Positions 24,936 through 38,082 of a stretch of 64,000 nucleotides of DNA are shown piece after piece. The stretch comes from Asterias rubens. Taxonomy: Eukaryota. The stretch covers positions 8,308,001 to 8,372,000 of the forward strand of contig NC_047062.1 of NCBI RefSeq assembly GCF_902459465.1. Reading direction: 5' to 3'. The position numbers and the translations under genes were made by a program. The notes beneath the pieces are model-generated. The model was given only the letters and a program-made list of their open reading frames with translations, did not search any database and was not told where the DNA came from. Every line of letters begins with the position of its first letter. Within the stretch, counting starts at the first letter, position 1.

Positions 24936-25203
24936 AGATGGGATTGTACATCCATTTAAAACAAATATCAGCAGTTTTTGTCTTTCCTCGATTCATTTCA
25001 GTTTGGATTAGTAGTACTAAAAGGCACATTTTTTACAACGATTGTAAACTCAACAGGCTAAGCATGGAGAAAACAAAGTAGTCATCATAAACAAATATCC
25101 GGTAAAAGAATAAGATCATTTTTTTACAACTCGGCCCAATTTCATGGCTGTGAAGTACACTTGACGTATGCCTCAATAAGCGTGTAGTTCACTGTTTCCT
25201 TAA

Positions 25204-25582
25204 AGACACTGGGCACTATTGGTAATTGTCAAAGACCAGTCTTCATTCTTGGTGTATCTCTACATATGTATAAAATAACAAACCTGTCAAAATTTGAGCT
25301 CAATCAGTCATCGAACTTGCGAGATTATAATGAAAGAAAAAAATACCCTTGTCACACGAAGTTGTGTGCGTATAGATGGTTGATTTCGAGACCTCAAGTT
25401 CTAAATCTGAGGTCTCGAAATCAAATTCGTGGAAAATTACTTCTTTTTTGAAAACTACGTCACTTCAGAGAGAGCCGTTTCTCACAATGTTTTATACCAT
25501 CAACCTCTCCCCATTACTCGTCACCAATAAAGGTGTTATGCTAATAATTACTTTGAGTAATTACCAATAGTGTCCACTGCCT
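25204..25582. mobile_element. MITE family A
   Basis: agacactgggcactattggtaattgtcaaagac ... ttaccaatagtgtccactgcct; TTAA flanks. Confidence 0.85.
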
Positions 25583-25980
25583 TTTAAGCGCAGTGATTAT
25601 TGTGCTTTCTGTACATGGAATCATGGAATTGGGCAAAGGGCTTAACTAAATAACCCTGTAGGTACAACACTTAGTAATTGCAGACAAATCTTGCTAAGCA
25701 GAAACCATGTCCGACATTCCATCAAAGTTACATTGTTGCGACTGGTACTCAACTCATTTTTCGCTTTAGCAAGAATCGTGCCAAGCAGTATTTTCTGCTA
25801 AACAGCTTTATAATTGGGTCCTGTTGTCTCGCTCTAACTCAATTTTAGTATCCAAAACATTTGTCTGTGCTTTAATTTCTGCATTATAAATTTTAGTTCG
25901 GACCGCCATCACCCTGAAAAGAAAGAAAGAAAAAAAAAAAAAAATGCTGTTAGATTTTATCGTATAAGCCATCCCCTTAA

Positions 25981-26369
25981 AGGAACACGTTGCCTTGGAT
26001 CGGGAGTTGGTCTTTCAAAAGCGTTTGAAACCTGTTTGTTATAAAATGCATATGGTTAGATAGATAATTGAAAGGTAGAATATAATGATCCACACAAACA
26101 TACCTCAAAATAAAATTGTATGGGTTTCTTGTACGTCTTGAACTAACACTGTCGGCCATTTTAAGGAGTCAAAATTTTGACCCCACAAAGTGGCCGACCG
26201 TGTTTGTTCGCGACGTAAACAGGAAAACCGTGCATTTTCGAGGGATGTTTGTGTGGATCAGTCTATTCTACTTTCAAATTATCTTTCTAATCATATGTAT
26301 TTAATAACAAACTGTTTCAAACGCTTTCACAAGGACCAACTCGACCGATCCAAGACAATCATGTGTTCC
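25981..26369. mobile_element. MITE family B
   Basis: ttaa|aggaacacgttgccttggatcgg ... gaccaactcgaccgatccaagac...gtgttcc|ttaa. Confidence 0.8.
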
Positions 26370-27077
26370 TTAAACAGTAAGAAAGATCCAAATGTCATGA
26401 ATGTGCCTCCACAACGTCACATTTTTCCCCTGTGGGGAGAGCATTTCAATTATCGAAAGCATGTCATTAACTAATACTGTCAATTTCGGTAGATCATGTT
26501 TAAACTTATATATTTAAAGCATTATGTTATATTCATGATTTGTTGGAACCAGCTTTGAAAAATAAATCATTAAAATGCAGCTTATGAAACGAAACAAAAC
26601 AAGACTTCGTGTATTTGTGTGTGCTCTATGGCCCTTTTTGAAACCACGGCTTCGGCTCCAGAATCAGGCTAACTTGGCCCCGCGGTTGTTTTTACAATTT
26701 CGCCTGCTTTGTGTACTGGGTGCTCAGGGTCCAGACATGAGAAAGGAACCTGAAGCCGAATCCACAGCTGAAGCCGTGAATTTAAACAAGGCCTATAGAG
26801 AATACAGATTGTATGACTGGATCTCGGCAGCTGCGAAGTAAACAATATTGACTGATGGATCTAGTACCTGAACCTCGGATGAATCAAGCGATGCGGTAAC
26901 GCCAAATACCGATTAATTACCGTGTTTAGACGTTGCCTCCAGCCGTGTCATTCATTCTCGATGTAGGCTCTGGTATTATTTATAGGGATACGCCAATATT
27001 TCAAATTAAAGTAACAATACGAAAGGAAGTGTGAATCACAAACAGACTTTTAAGAAACAACGACACTTTTTGTTTAA

Positions 27078-27429
27078 AGGCACTGGACACCATTGATAAC
27101 TCCTTAAAATAATCATTAGCATAAACACTTTTTTGGTCACAACGAGCAATGCATGTTGATAAAACATTGTGAGAAACGGCTCCCTCTGAAGAAACGATAG
27201 TTTTTAAGAAAGAGTTAGTTTCTCATTCAATAATAAAATACTTCAGCTAAAGTATTTTATTGTGCATCTGAAATCACACAAAGTAATGCAACAAGGATAT
27301 TTGTTTCTGTAAGTATTCTCTTGCAATCGATGACCGCCACAAGTTTTCACAGAATTGTTATTAATAACAATTCTGTGAAATTTATCTAATGTTGGATACT
27401 GACAATATTACCAAACTGGCCCAGTGCCT
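27078..27429. mobile_element. MITE family A (diverged)
   Basis: ttaa|aggcactggacac ... ccagtgcct|ttaa with a family A body. Confidence 0.7.
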
Positions 27430-27924
27430 TTAAATCATTCATATGTTCAAGCACTCGTGCCTTTCCTTTGCAAAGCGCTCTACAAGTATTTAGCATCGGC
27501 GTGTATGCCCCCCCCCCCCACCCCGGGCCCCCGCCCCGGCCCTTCAGAGGATTACATAAAGTGCTAACCCTGCCAGCTACTGTCTGTGTACCTCCATGAT
27601 ACCTTTAAAGGACGCTTTAATGTAACTCTTTTTTGTTATCTCTTTAATACAGTCAAGACAATGTTTTATAATACCTGTGATTGTGGATTTCCCTCTAAAT
27701 TTGAAAGAATAATAATTATACCTTCGGACCCACACAAGGATGCCAGATGTCTCCCGATCTTCATCCAAGTATATGCCTATAATATTGTATTCAATTCAAT
27801 TCACGTTTATTTCCATACTGTCAAAACTTAACACAGTAACACAGAATGCATATTCAATGTAATAACGGACATAAAGAGTTACATCTGTAAGTCATAGACA
27901 TCTGTTATAAAAAAACATTGTTAA

Positions 27925-28321
27925 AGACACTCGACGCTCTTGGTCATCGAAGTTGCGAGATAACAATGAAAGAAAAAGCACATATGTGCTTTACGATGCT
28001 TGATTTCGAAACCTCAAATTCTAATTCTGAGGTCTCGAAATCAAATTCTTGGAAAATTACTTCTTTCTCGAAAACTACGTTTTTTTCAGAGGGAGCCGTT
28101 TCTCACAACGTTTTATACTACCAACAGCTCCCCATCTCGTCACCACGTAAGGGTTCATGCTAAAGCCGTGTTCGCACTGGACTTAATTTGGGCAAACTAA
28201 CCGAGCCAATGGGTAACTTACCCATTTTAAGTCCATTGCGAACAGCCTGGGTAGTTTTCTTGACAGGTAACTTACCCACGCCGCGCATATTTTGAGTAAT
28301 TACCAATAGTGTCCACTGCCT
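27925..28321. mobile_element. MITE family A (rearranged)
   Basis: Family A body (gaggtctcgaaatcaaatt..ggaaaattactt) and right TIR ttaccaatagtgtccactgcct. Confidence 0.7.
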
Positions 28322-30843
28322 TTATACACGTCATGACGTTTCGTCGACCCAGCAGAGTCTTTCTTGAAGGCTAAATCCTTACTTGATAATTACTCGGTAA
28401 TATCATGACACATAAGCACATGGTTCACCTTGTGTTTGCATAAACTAATTATTGTGTGTCACAATAAAGGAAATGAGACACATCAGGGCCCATCCTGCCG
28501 ATTTTAGTTTTGTTATGAGGAGATGTTTGCACACCCCGAAAAACCTTGGTATCCCCATCACCCTCCCCTTCACCGATTTCCCTTCCTCGCTGTAGTGCAA
28601 CATTTCTGTCCCAATCTCCTCCGAAGATGTTATCTCATTGCACCACGGCAGTGCCATCCCACTTAGATTTTTTCCCAAATTGAAAAAGATAATTTTCTCA
28701 TCATCAATTTTATTTCAAATGCATTAATGTTGTACATGCACGCTGTTCTGACATGATGCTACTCTCTGTGACGAGCCAAATATTTCGTGAGCTCGAACTG
28801 ACGGAGTTTAGGGTCGTGACATAGATTAAGCAGTTCCAAAATACGCACACTGAAACTTCCTGTGGGTCACAAAGTATTGACCCGCTTCTCGGTCCCACAG
28901 ATCCATTCCCTTTTTATAGTCGATGTATTATGGAACCTTTTTGCAAAATGACCCAGAAATTTATCCAAAAAGACGCCGAATCGAGGGTTAATGAATTTTG
29001 ATCCAGTAACCGGCTCAGTCGACACAGTAATGAGTCAGGACTTCTGGGACCAATAGTCCGGGTCTATAATTAGTCCTAATTGGCGACCCTGATGTTGTAC
29101 TAAGTCCTTACCGTTAAAGGGTGTTACTTTGACTGTTTTGTAGGCTGACTCGGAAGGACTAGTGGCCAAGTCTACAAATTTTGATTGACGTTTGTGTGAT
29201 ACAGATATCTGTTCTCCAGTAATTCGTGTTGCGGACAGTTCGTGTTGTGATATCGGCAATCATGGGCCCATTTCACAAGAAGAGTTAGGACGAGTCTGGT
29301 AGATAAAATATATAGCAAGAGAGTTCTGTGAAGAACAAATTCTACCAGGCAAGTAGATAGTACACACATGGTGTTACTGCAAACCAAATATATATTGATA
29401 CCTCGCCATGTTATGCCTCAAAATAACAGATACTAACAACTTAAACTATGACGAGTAACTCCTACCTCGTCCTTACTCACGATAAGGCCATGACTCCTAG
29501 TGAAATCCGCTCAAGGGTCTACTACGACAACGAATTGTTTTTCCTTTTTTCGAGTGTTTTTCTGTTCACGATGGCCTGTGTCAGTGGCCAGTGTACGTCA
29601 TTGCAATAACATACAAGGACAAAAAGCATTCAATTAAATAGAGATTGTCCGAAACGGATAATCTCTTAGTAAAGAAAACACCGTTTCAATTATAATTTCA
29701 CGCAACTGGTGACTATCCTTACAATATGAAAGAATAGTTCATTCCGCTGGACTGCAACAATGATGAAAGACGTTTTTAGAGACACCTTTGTGCATTTTCC
29801 AGCTTGATCCACCCATTAAATTCACAGCCACGATTATTTTGTAACGGCTTGCCCCCTGTGGTTCATAGTAAGCTTTCGAAATCTTGGGAACAGAGCAAGA
29901 AACAGAAAGAAATGAAAACAGTGCGATGCCTCATGTTATGATCTGGGCCAAGTATGATAAACCACGATGTAACAACAATATTGTCTGCAAAATATAACAT
30001 TAAAAACATGGAGACATTGAACTTCGCACGGGATTAGATTTGTTTTGTTGAATAAAATGATGAATCAATCAGATGGGACGAAAAGGGAGGTATGAACGGA
30101 CTTTCTGTCGCTGCAATTTATATCATTATTAAAACCGGATCCATTTCTGTTTGCTTGTTGGGAAATACCTATCGAGCGTTCGCTGTCATGCATCATGAAG
30201 CTTCGTACGTTAACGTTCAGCAGTGCATCCTGTTCCAAGTAAAACGTATATCCGTCAGTTTTGTTAAAGGAAGGGTATATCATTGGTAATTACGCCACAA
30301 TTTTTTTTATATTTACCCCATTTGCAATGATGCAGTTATACATAAATGGTAAAGTTTCAGTATAACACTGATAAATAACCAAATCTGAGAGGCTTCGGGC
30401 ATGAAGCCTTTCTTTTTGGCATTTAAAAGCTCACAGTTCTGTGCGACCAAAGTTTTTTTTTTTTTTGCCACTTCAATGGCTAATTAATATTCTAAACTTT
30501 CACAGGTTTTTTATTTTGTGCATACTATGTTGGGATACACCGACTGAGAATAGTCTTTGACAATTGTCCATATGCCCTGCCCAAACGGACAGCGGCTAAA
30601 TTTCCTGTCCATTTTCGAACTAAAAAACCCGATTATGTTGAAACAGACACGGGTCAGGAAACCTTATCAAAACGGGTCTAAATCAAGCTGGTGTTGAATG
30701 ATGTAAATCAGCAGCGCAGGGATGCTCTCATTTTGTGACAATAAATTTAGGCTCAAGGTTTGAAGATGTACGTAAATGTAAATAAATATGGATTTTTTAA
30801 TAAATTGTTGTTGATGTTGCCCTATATTTTGGAATTGAAGGCC

Positions 30844-31005
30844 CCCGGGCTGCGAATTTTTTGTTTTCCCCCAAACGACATTGCAATGATTTGGTAAAAG
30901 AGCATGCCAATTTCATGATGACGTAATCTGACGGAAGGAGCCAATCACAGCGACAGGGGAAAAAATACTGCAATGTCGTTTGGGGGGAAAAAAATTGCAC
31001 CCGGG
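30844..31005. mobile_element. Small palindromic element with CCCGGG termini
   Basis: Left arm cccgggctgcgaattttttgttttcccccaaacgacattgca mirrors right arm tgcaatgtcgtttggggggaaaaaaattgcacccggg. Confidence 0.65.
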
Positions 31006-32030
31006 CTACAGTTTTTCGGTGAACTTTTTAATTTCGGGCATTATGTATACCTGGCTGTTGTTTTGCTAATGTTTGTTTTTTGTGTGTGGTTTAGTGCCGA
31101 GTAAAGAATAATAATAGTTATTTTAATTTTGTTTTTAACAGAAAGGGGTCACAGCTTTTTGTACAGTAGTGCCCGGTTCGTTTATTGAAGGTCCAAAAAT
31201 GTTTACATATACCTGTAGGTCTATACGTCCTTCAGACATATAATATACTTCAGACCTCTATTAGAATGCAATAAAACACCTGCAATTTAACCATCGGTGT
31301 TTTATTAAGAACAGTTTATATTATGTTTGATGTGTGAATATACAGTGTTTGCTGTCAGCCCCACCTTGGCATTAATGTACTCGTGATATTACACGTTGCT
31401 ATCTATAGGTGCGTTCAGTGACTTTATTAAAAGTTGATCAATAACTTCTAGACGGGGATGCAGTCTTTTCAGGTGTTTTTTTTATCTCACACCTTTAACC
31501 TGCTTTATAGATTGATCGTCATCAACCGTCACATAATGAACGTTACTTAATATACTCGCGATTGTGATTGGTTAAGTGGGATTGTAATAGACAGATTAGC
31601 TTGGATGTGGTGTGTGTACATGTACGTGTGTTTTTAGTCGGAAACGGTATTGCCGTATCTACACGCATAGCAGCATCATCATCATTATCATCTGCACGGT
31701 GAACGGTTATGCTGTTTCCCCCATCTCTGATTTTGTAGGATTGCCTTTTACATAATTTATTATACACATGCAGCATGATGAACGTGATATGCAGACATTG
31801 CACTGGGGGCGATTGGAGCATTTGTTGGGCTTACGTGATTGAAGGGACACTAGATGCGACAGCGGGGTCAGCAACAGAGAGAGAGGGAGAGAGAGCCTTG
31901 TACGACGTCCGTCGCATAATTTATCCTTAAATGCATGAGAGCGGGTCGCAGGAGCGAAATTGACGGCAGAGCATTAGATCAACTGATGGATGCTCGCTTA
32001 TAACGGTAGGTGTGATTTGCAGCGGACAGT

Positions 32031-33581
32031 ATGTCGGCTAAAGACACGTTATTCCGCCGTATACCTTCAATACGAGACCGTATGAGGAGGAGGGGAAGCT
32101 TGGGGCAGATATCTGGTGCCGTGGCCATCCATGATGCGGTTGCTAAGGGAAAGATTCACCTTGCTAAATTCATCCTAGATGCCGTGGAAGGACAGCTACT
32201 GGTCGATTCAAAAAATGCTCACGGTAAAACTCCTCTTATTTGTGCTGTGCGAATCACTGAGGAAAGTGTCCGCAATAGAGCTGTGGATATGTTGATTGGC
32301 TACAACGCGAGCGTAAATTTATTAGACAACGTTGGACGCAGCGTTCTCAGCTATTCGTGTGAGCTGCACTGCAATGCCGTGGTAAGGAAACTTGTCAAGA
32401 ATAATGTGGACCCTAACTTGGAGGACAACATCGGCAATACGCCGCTGATGTATTGTGCTATGGTGAACAACACCACTGGGATCGAGATAATAGCGCGGAG
32501 TTATCGCAGGCTCGGGCTGGAGGTTGACAAGGTGAACGCGGACGGGATGACGCCCCTCATGGAGGCATCAAAGAACGGCTACCTCGAATGTGCACGGCTT
32601 CTGATTCACGAGGGGAAAGCCTCGGTCAGCCCCCGGGATATCGTCAGGAATATGACCGCCGCGGATTGGGCGCGAGAGGCCGGCTGCACCGCCCAAGAGA
32701 TTCAGGCCCTCCTTCAAATAACACACCGACCACGCCCATGTATTGGGAAAACATCAGCTGCGAATGCATCTCAATTGAGAATGGAGGAAAACATGTGTAG
32801 AAACCACGCGGGACGTAGTCGTCAGTTTACTCCAAGTCTTAACTCAGTATCTTCCTTGTTGGAGTTATCGGACGCAAGTGGGAATCCAACATTCCCAGAG
32901 CAAGTCCAAACGCAGAAGGAAAAGAAGGGCAAACACCCTCTGAGCATGGAAGAGCTACCGAGCAAATTTAAGGAGCTGCGTTCTAGAGTTCAGCACAACA
33001 CCTCCAGTTTCCCAGAACTGGTCACAAAAGAAAAACTCATCGCTTCGAAAAATGGCCACTACTTCGCAGTTGAGAACCCGCGGCATGGTAAACCAATCGT
33101 CAGCGCACCGCAGGGAGGTGCGTTCACCAAGCGCCCTAAGCCACCCTCGCAACCCAGACGGCCGCACTCGGCGGCGGCATACGCCCTGGGCAAGCTCAAA
33201 CACCGGCCGACCAAAAGCTGTGATAGCATCCTCGTGCGGACATCGTCCTCTATGGAAGATTTATTACTACTACGTGATTTTAACTCCCCTGAGATGCATC
33301 CCTGTGCTCCGTTTAGCCCTAAGGTTAAATCGAACAGCACGAGTCACTTGTACCATAGGATCGACTCATCATCCGGTAGCCAGAATTCAGAGCAATGGGA
33401 TGTCATATGCTGTGAAGATGAGAAATTAGATGATCTTAAATTGCACACGGGAGATATTGCTCGCCGAGAACGGGCAATTTCAAACCCCATACAAGACGAA
33501 AATCTAGCTTTCCCCTCCAATCAGTTACGACTGGAGTCTAATACACACCTCCCAGCTATTTCCCCGAACCACAGATCGTGA
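32031..33581 (+). CDS. ANKRD63: Ankyrin-repeat protein, ANKRD63-like, intronless, 516 aa
   Basis: About five N-terminal ankyrin repeats (GKTPLICAV, GRSVLSYSC, GNTPLMYCA, GMTPLMEAS). Family-specific GKIHLAKFILDA and RSYRRLGL match vertebrate ANKRD63 GKVHLARFVLDA and RSFRRLGL (from memory). Low-complexity C-terminal tail. Confidence 0.8.
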   Translation: MSAKDTLFRRIPSIRDRMRRRGSLGQISGAVAIHDAVAKGKIHLAKFILDAVEGQLLVDSKNAHGKTPLICAVRITEESVRNRAVDMLIGYNASVNLLDNVGRSVLSYSCELHCNAVVRKLVKNNVDPNLEDNIGNTPLMYCAMVNNTTGIEIIARSYRRLGLEVDKVNADGMTPLMEASKNGYLECARLLIHEGKASVSPRDIVRNMTAADWAREAGCTAQEIQALLQITHRPRPCIGKTSAANASQLRMEENMCRNHAGRSRQFTPSLNSVSSLLELSDASGNPTFPEQVQTQKEKKGKHPLSMEELPSKFKELRSRVQHNTSSFPELVTKEKLIASKNGHYFAVENPRHGKPIVSAPQGGAFTKRPKPPSQPRRPHSAAAYALGKLKHRPTKSCDSILVRTSSSMEDLLLLRDFNSPEMHPCAPFSPKVKSNSTSHLYHRIDSSSGSQNSEQWDVICCEDEKLDDLKLHTGDIARRERAISNPIQDENLAFPSNQLRLESNTHLPAISPNHRS

Positions 33582-33605
33582 CTTGAGATAATACTTCAAA
33601 CTTAA

Positions 33606-33939
33606 AGGCATGGACACCTTTGGTAATTGTCAAAGACCAGTATTCTCACTTGGTGTATACAAAAACAAATCTGTGATTTTTTCTTTACTAAATTTGTCAT
33701 GGAAGTTGCAAGAGAATAATGAAAGAAAAACAACCCCGTTGCGAAGATTTGTATTGTGCTTTCAAACGCCTAAACAGGCTAAATGCCTGAAGTATTTCAT
33801 TTGAGTGAGAAGTTGCCTCTTTCTCAAAAACTACGTTACTTATGAGGGAGCCGTTTCTCACAATGTGTTATACTATACCGACAGCTCTCTATTGCTCGTG
33901 ACAATTTTGGGGGGTTATTACCAATAGTGTCCAGTGCCT
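33606..33939. mobile_element. MITE family A, 25 bp after the ANKRD63-like stop
   Basis: ttaa|aggcatggacacctttggtaatt ... ttaccaatagtgtccagtgcct|ttaa. Confidence 0.8.
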
Positions 33940-36900
33940 TTAATTATGGTCGTATGCCAACATCATCAATTACATCTACACCATTGTCGCAACACCTAAT
34001 TTGAACCGAATTACCTAATTGTAATTTATCTCTTGCGTGTGGGTAAATGCAAACAAACCGTACACACGTTTTGTGATTTGTTTTTTCCTCTGGAGTCAGT
34101 TTCGTGGAATGATAAAGTCATCACCGTAAATGTAACTTGAACTATACACACAGTGTTTTGTATGCATGTTGTAAATATAAACCTGAGCTCATAGCATGAA
34201 AAGGAAGCTTTTTATGTTTTTTAACGGATATTTTTATTCTAATAATCCTGACTGTAATCTGTACCGTACATTAATGTTGTATTCGTGAAAGTTCAATGTT
34301 CAATATTCAATATTGCTATACCCACTTTGTTTATTTTTTGTTTGTATTGTTATTTTTGCTTATTTCTCTTCTCTGTTTAATTTATTTCTTTCCTATTTAA
34401 AAATGTGGGTTCATTGGTAAATGTTGTTAATAGGCTTATGTAAACTTATAAAAGAAGAACAGCAAAAGTAATAGCAACCTATCAAGATATTCTCAAACTA
34501 TTGAGGCATAAGCATCAGAACGTTAATTGAAAACTGCTTTTTAACCCTCCAGGGGGTTGGAGTATACAAATTAATAAATCCTCTTATGACCAATTAAGCC
34601 ATTTCTACAAAGTGCAATGACCTGAGAAGTCATATTCATTGACATCCTAAGCTGGACCATTCCACTTTATCTAAAAGGGGTGGGGTTAGGTCTAAGAGAT
34701 GGGGCAGACAACTATTTGCACTCATACATGTACTGCGCACATAAATATTCCATGTCAAAAACAGAATATCTGAACAACGTGGATAACATCTACATTAAAA
34801 CGAGGTAAACAAAAACAAAAACCTTCAAACGCAAACCTTCAAACGCAATTCAGACACGCACAAACCTTGCAGCACGAGGTGAATTAACGTTCAAATGTAT
34901 GTTTGTCATTTTGTACCGAAAACAAAAGAGACCATTTAAAATGATGGTTTCCGCTACAAGCCATTAAACGTTTTTGTTCAAAGAAATTATAGTCAAAATT
35001 AACACTTTATTTATACACTGAAACCACACAATATTTATTTATGTATGGTATGGTGTGTTTTTTTGTTTAAAAAATTTCTCCCAAACCAATATGAGTAAGG
35101 CATACCTTTTTATATTGTAAACCTAAACAAAATTCAGCCTTTTGGCTGCTATGTTTGATTTTTAATAAAATAATAATAATAATAATACCTCCATTTTAAA
35201 AACTGCCATGCCAGCGACGCAAATTGTTGAATCTTCTGACCATCATTCTCTATAGTAATTATCAACACAACATTATTGAAAGAATGTAATTTTCTCTGTA
35301 GTGAAAATGCCCAAGGCTTGGTTTACAATTACGCCACAATGACGTTTCTAGTATAGAGGGGAATGTCCGTGGGAATGTCCGAAGAAATGTCATTCAATCA
35401 TCTAATGCAAAAATTTAGGCCCGAGGATAAACTCTTTTTATAGTATTAATAATATTATTATTATTTGCACCACCATATTATTTTCAATTTGAGTTAGTAA
35501 CGTAAGGTGCAAAGATAGAGTTTCTTAATGGTTGGACCCCGACCGGATATAATTTTCGGCTTTTTATTCTTCTTCTGTTTTCTCTCCACTTTTATGATTA
35601 TTACTATGTCTTATTTTTTTTTTTTTTCATTATAGATGGATTTGCAAAATTGACACTGAAACTGACATTCAATTTCCGCTCACGGTTTTTTTTTTTTATT
35701 TATTTTTTTACTATTGATGTTTTTGTTTTCTTCTTCCAAATACGTTCTCAATGAGCCATTTTGAGGTGTGTTGGACACTAGTATAACTGTGCATTGCTTG
35801 GTTTTTGGTAAGCCATGTCTGTGAGTCCTACTATATGGTGTTCGCCGCTATACCTCAAAAAGGCTAATTGAAAGACCAGTTCCCGAAAATAAGATTCTAA
35901 ATATAGCACAAACTTATTCTTGAAAATCATTTGTTTTAAACCATCCATATTGGAATCCAACATGTTATTTTGTTTTATACACTGTAGAGAATTAGATGTG
36001 CCTTAACCCACAAAACCCATTCGGAATACGCCATTCCGTTGTCCATGGTAGTCGGTATACATTCAGCACACAAAAATTATGTCGAAACTCTAAACTATAC
36101 GACAACACAAAATTCAATTTCGCTGGTAATAACGAATTACCCGGGGAAATTGTCTGTGGTCATCAATATATAACCAAAGCCCATCTGAGTAGAATTAAAG
36201 GTACTTTTGGGATACATTACAGGCTATTTTTTTAAACATATATTATTTTGAGGTACATTCGTTCATTCGGTGCCAAACCAAGTAATTGACGTTCGACTGA
36301 TGTGGAAAATTAATGCAACATGACGTTTATGTATTTGTATTTGTTTGTAACTCTTCTTTTTTTTTGGGGGGGGGGGGGGTAGGGGAATAATATCATTTTA
36401 AGAATTGTACGCATATTTTTCCTCCGTTATTTTAATAATGGACCATAAAACTAACGAACCTATATTATAGGTTCGTATAAATTTTGTCTAAACTCTAAAA
36501 TACCCCGGGTCCGATTTTACCGGATTCTTTTCATGAGCCCTTATACACAGTGACGTAATTTACATAAGATCCATGTCTTAAAGAAACAAATTGCCTTGGA
36601 TTTGGGCAATTTGGAGCTTTATATTTAATATAATGATGACTCCCTCACACACACAAATATCTCTCAAAATTGTGTGGTTTTCCTTTTACTTCGTCAATAG
36701 CAAGGTCCGCCAATTTGTAAAACCAAATTTGTTTGACTTCACAAAAAAGAAGACTTCCAAAACATTTTTCCCAACCACAACTCATTTTATAATTATAACG
36801 AACGTTTTTTTGTAGCCCTGAACCAAAAACGCACAGGACATGGCAACGTGGACATACTTGGGTTGTTTGTGTTGGTCTGTTTACTTTGCATTATGGGTTT

Positions 36901-37701
36901 CTTTTACCGTTGCACCGCAGCTACCTGAAATTTGATATTATTTGCGCATTCCGGGTATCCACGAAGAGCGCACCAAAAGTTACTATTGCCAAAGTAAAGC
37001 AAACATTAAAATGCACACAAAATACTCATTGAGTGCTGATCCTAGGAAGGAACTGTTCAATTATCCCATCAATGCATCAATAAGATCATTATATAATTTA
37101 TTCGCTCCTGACTCTCATTCACTGGTTGTTAATTCCCACGTGACCAGTCTTTGGCGAACCAGAATGCATACTTGTTTTAATGTATGTATTAATGCCTCTT
37201 CATATTGTTATCATTCATCACTGGATAATTAAAAACCATAAATTCTGGTCCAGGCTGGGTTTGAATCACAATGGGCGGAATACCATCTGTCATCATAGGC
37301 CTATATACTCATAATTAATTGCGTGAGGAACGACAACATCAGTGTAGGCTAGGTCTATTTATAGATGTATAGTTGCAGCGCACATAAAAGAAACCAGACA
37401 AAATTGACGTAATGATCTTACTGTTTGAAAATTAATGAACGGTACTTAGCCTGAACGATGCATGAAGGAGCCACCTCGGCTAGACTCTATTCAAGACGGG
37501 GATAGAATGTCAGATTGGCTGTCACTCACAGACGAGTGTAGATAGGGTTATTAATTAAAGGTTTTCTCGGTCAATTTCGGCAAATGAGCAGCCAATTTAA
37601 CCACCAGAATATTCTATCGCGCGAAATCGAATGCTTCTGAAAAGGGTCATTCGATTTCGTTTCATGGTTAGTCAAATGCAATGTTGCGTCATTCGATTTA
37701 A

Positions 37702-38082
37702 AGACAGTGGACACTATTGGTAATTGTCAAAGACCAGTCTTCTCACTTGGTGTTTCTCAACATATACATAAAATAACAAACCTGTGAAAATTTGAGCTCA
37801 ATTATTGGTCGTCGAAGTTGCGAGATAATAAAGAAAAGACAACCTTGTCACACGATTTTGTGTGATTTCAGATGCAAGTTGATTTCGAGACCTCATCTAA
37901 ATTTGAGGTCTCGAAATCAAATTCGTGGAAAATTACTTCTTTCTCGAAAACTACGTTACTTCAGAGGGAGCCGTTTCTCACAGTGTTTTATACCATCAAC
38001 CTCTCCCCATTACTCATCACCAAGAAAGGTTACTTTGATGATAATAATTAGTTTGAGTAATTACCAATAGTGTCCACTGCCT
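37702..38082. mobile_element. MITE family A
   Basis: ttaa|agacagtggacactattggtaatt ... aattaccaatagtgtccactgcct|ttaa. Confidence 0.85.

Noticed and set aside
28440-29420. Possible decayed coding sequence or endogenous viral fragment
   Set aside because: It looks less AT-rich, but there are stops in all frames and no motif I can recognise. A tBLASTx search would be needed.
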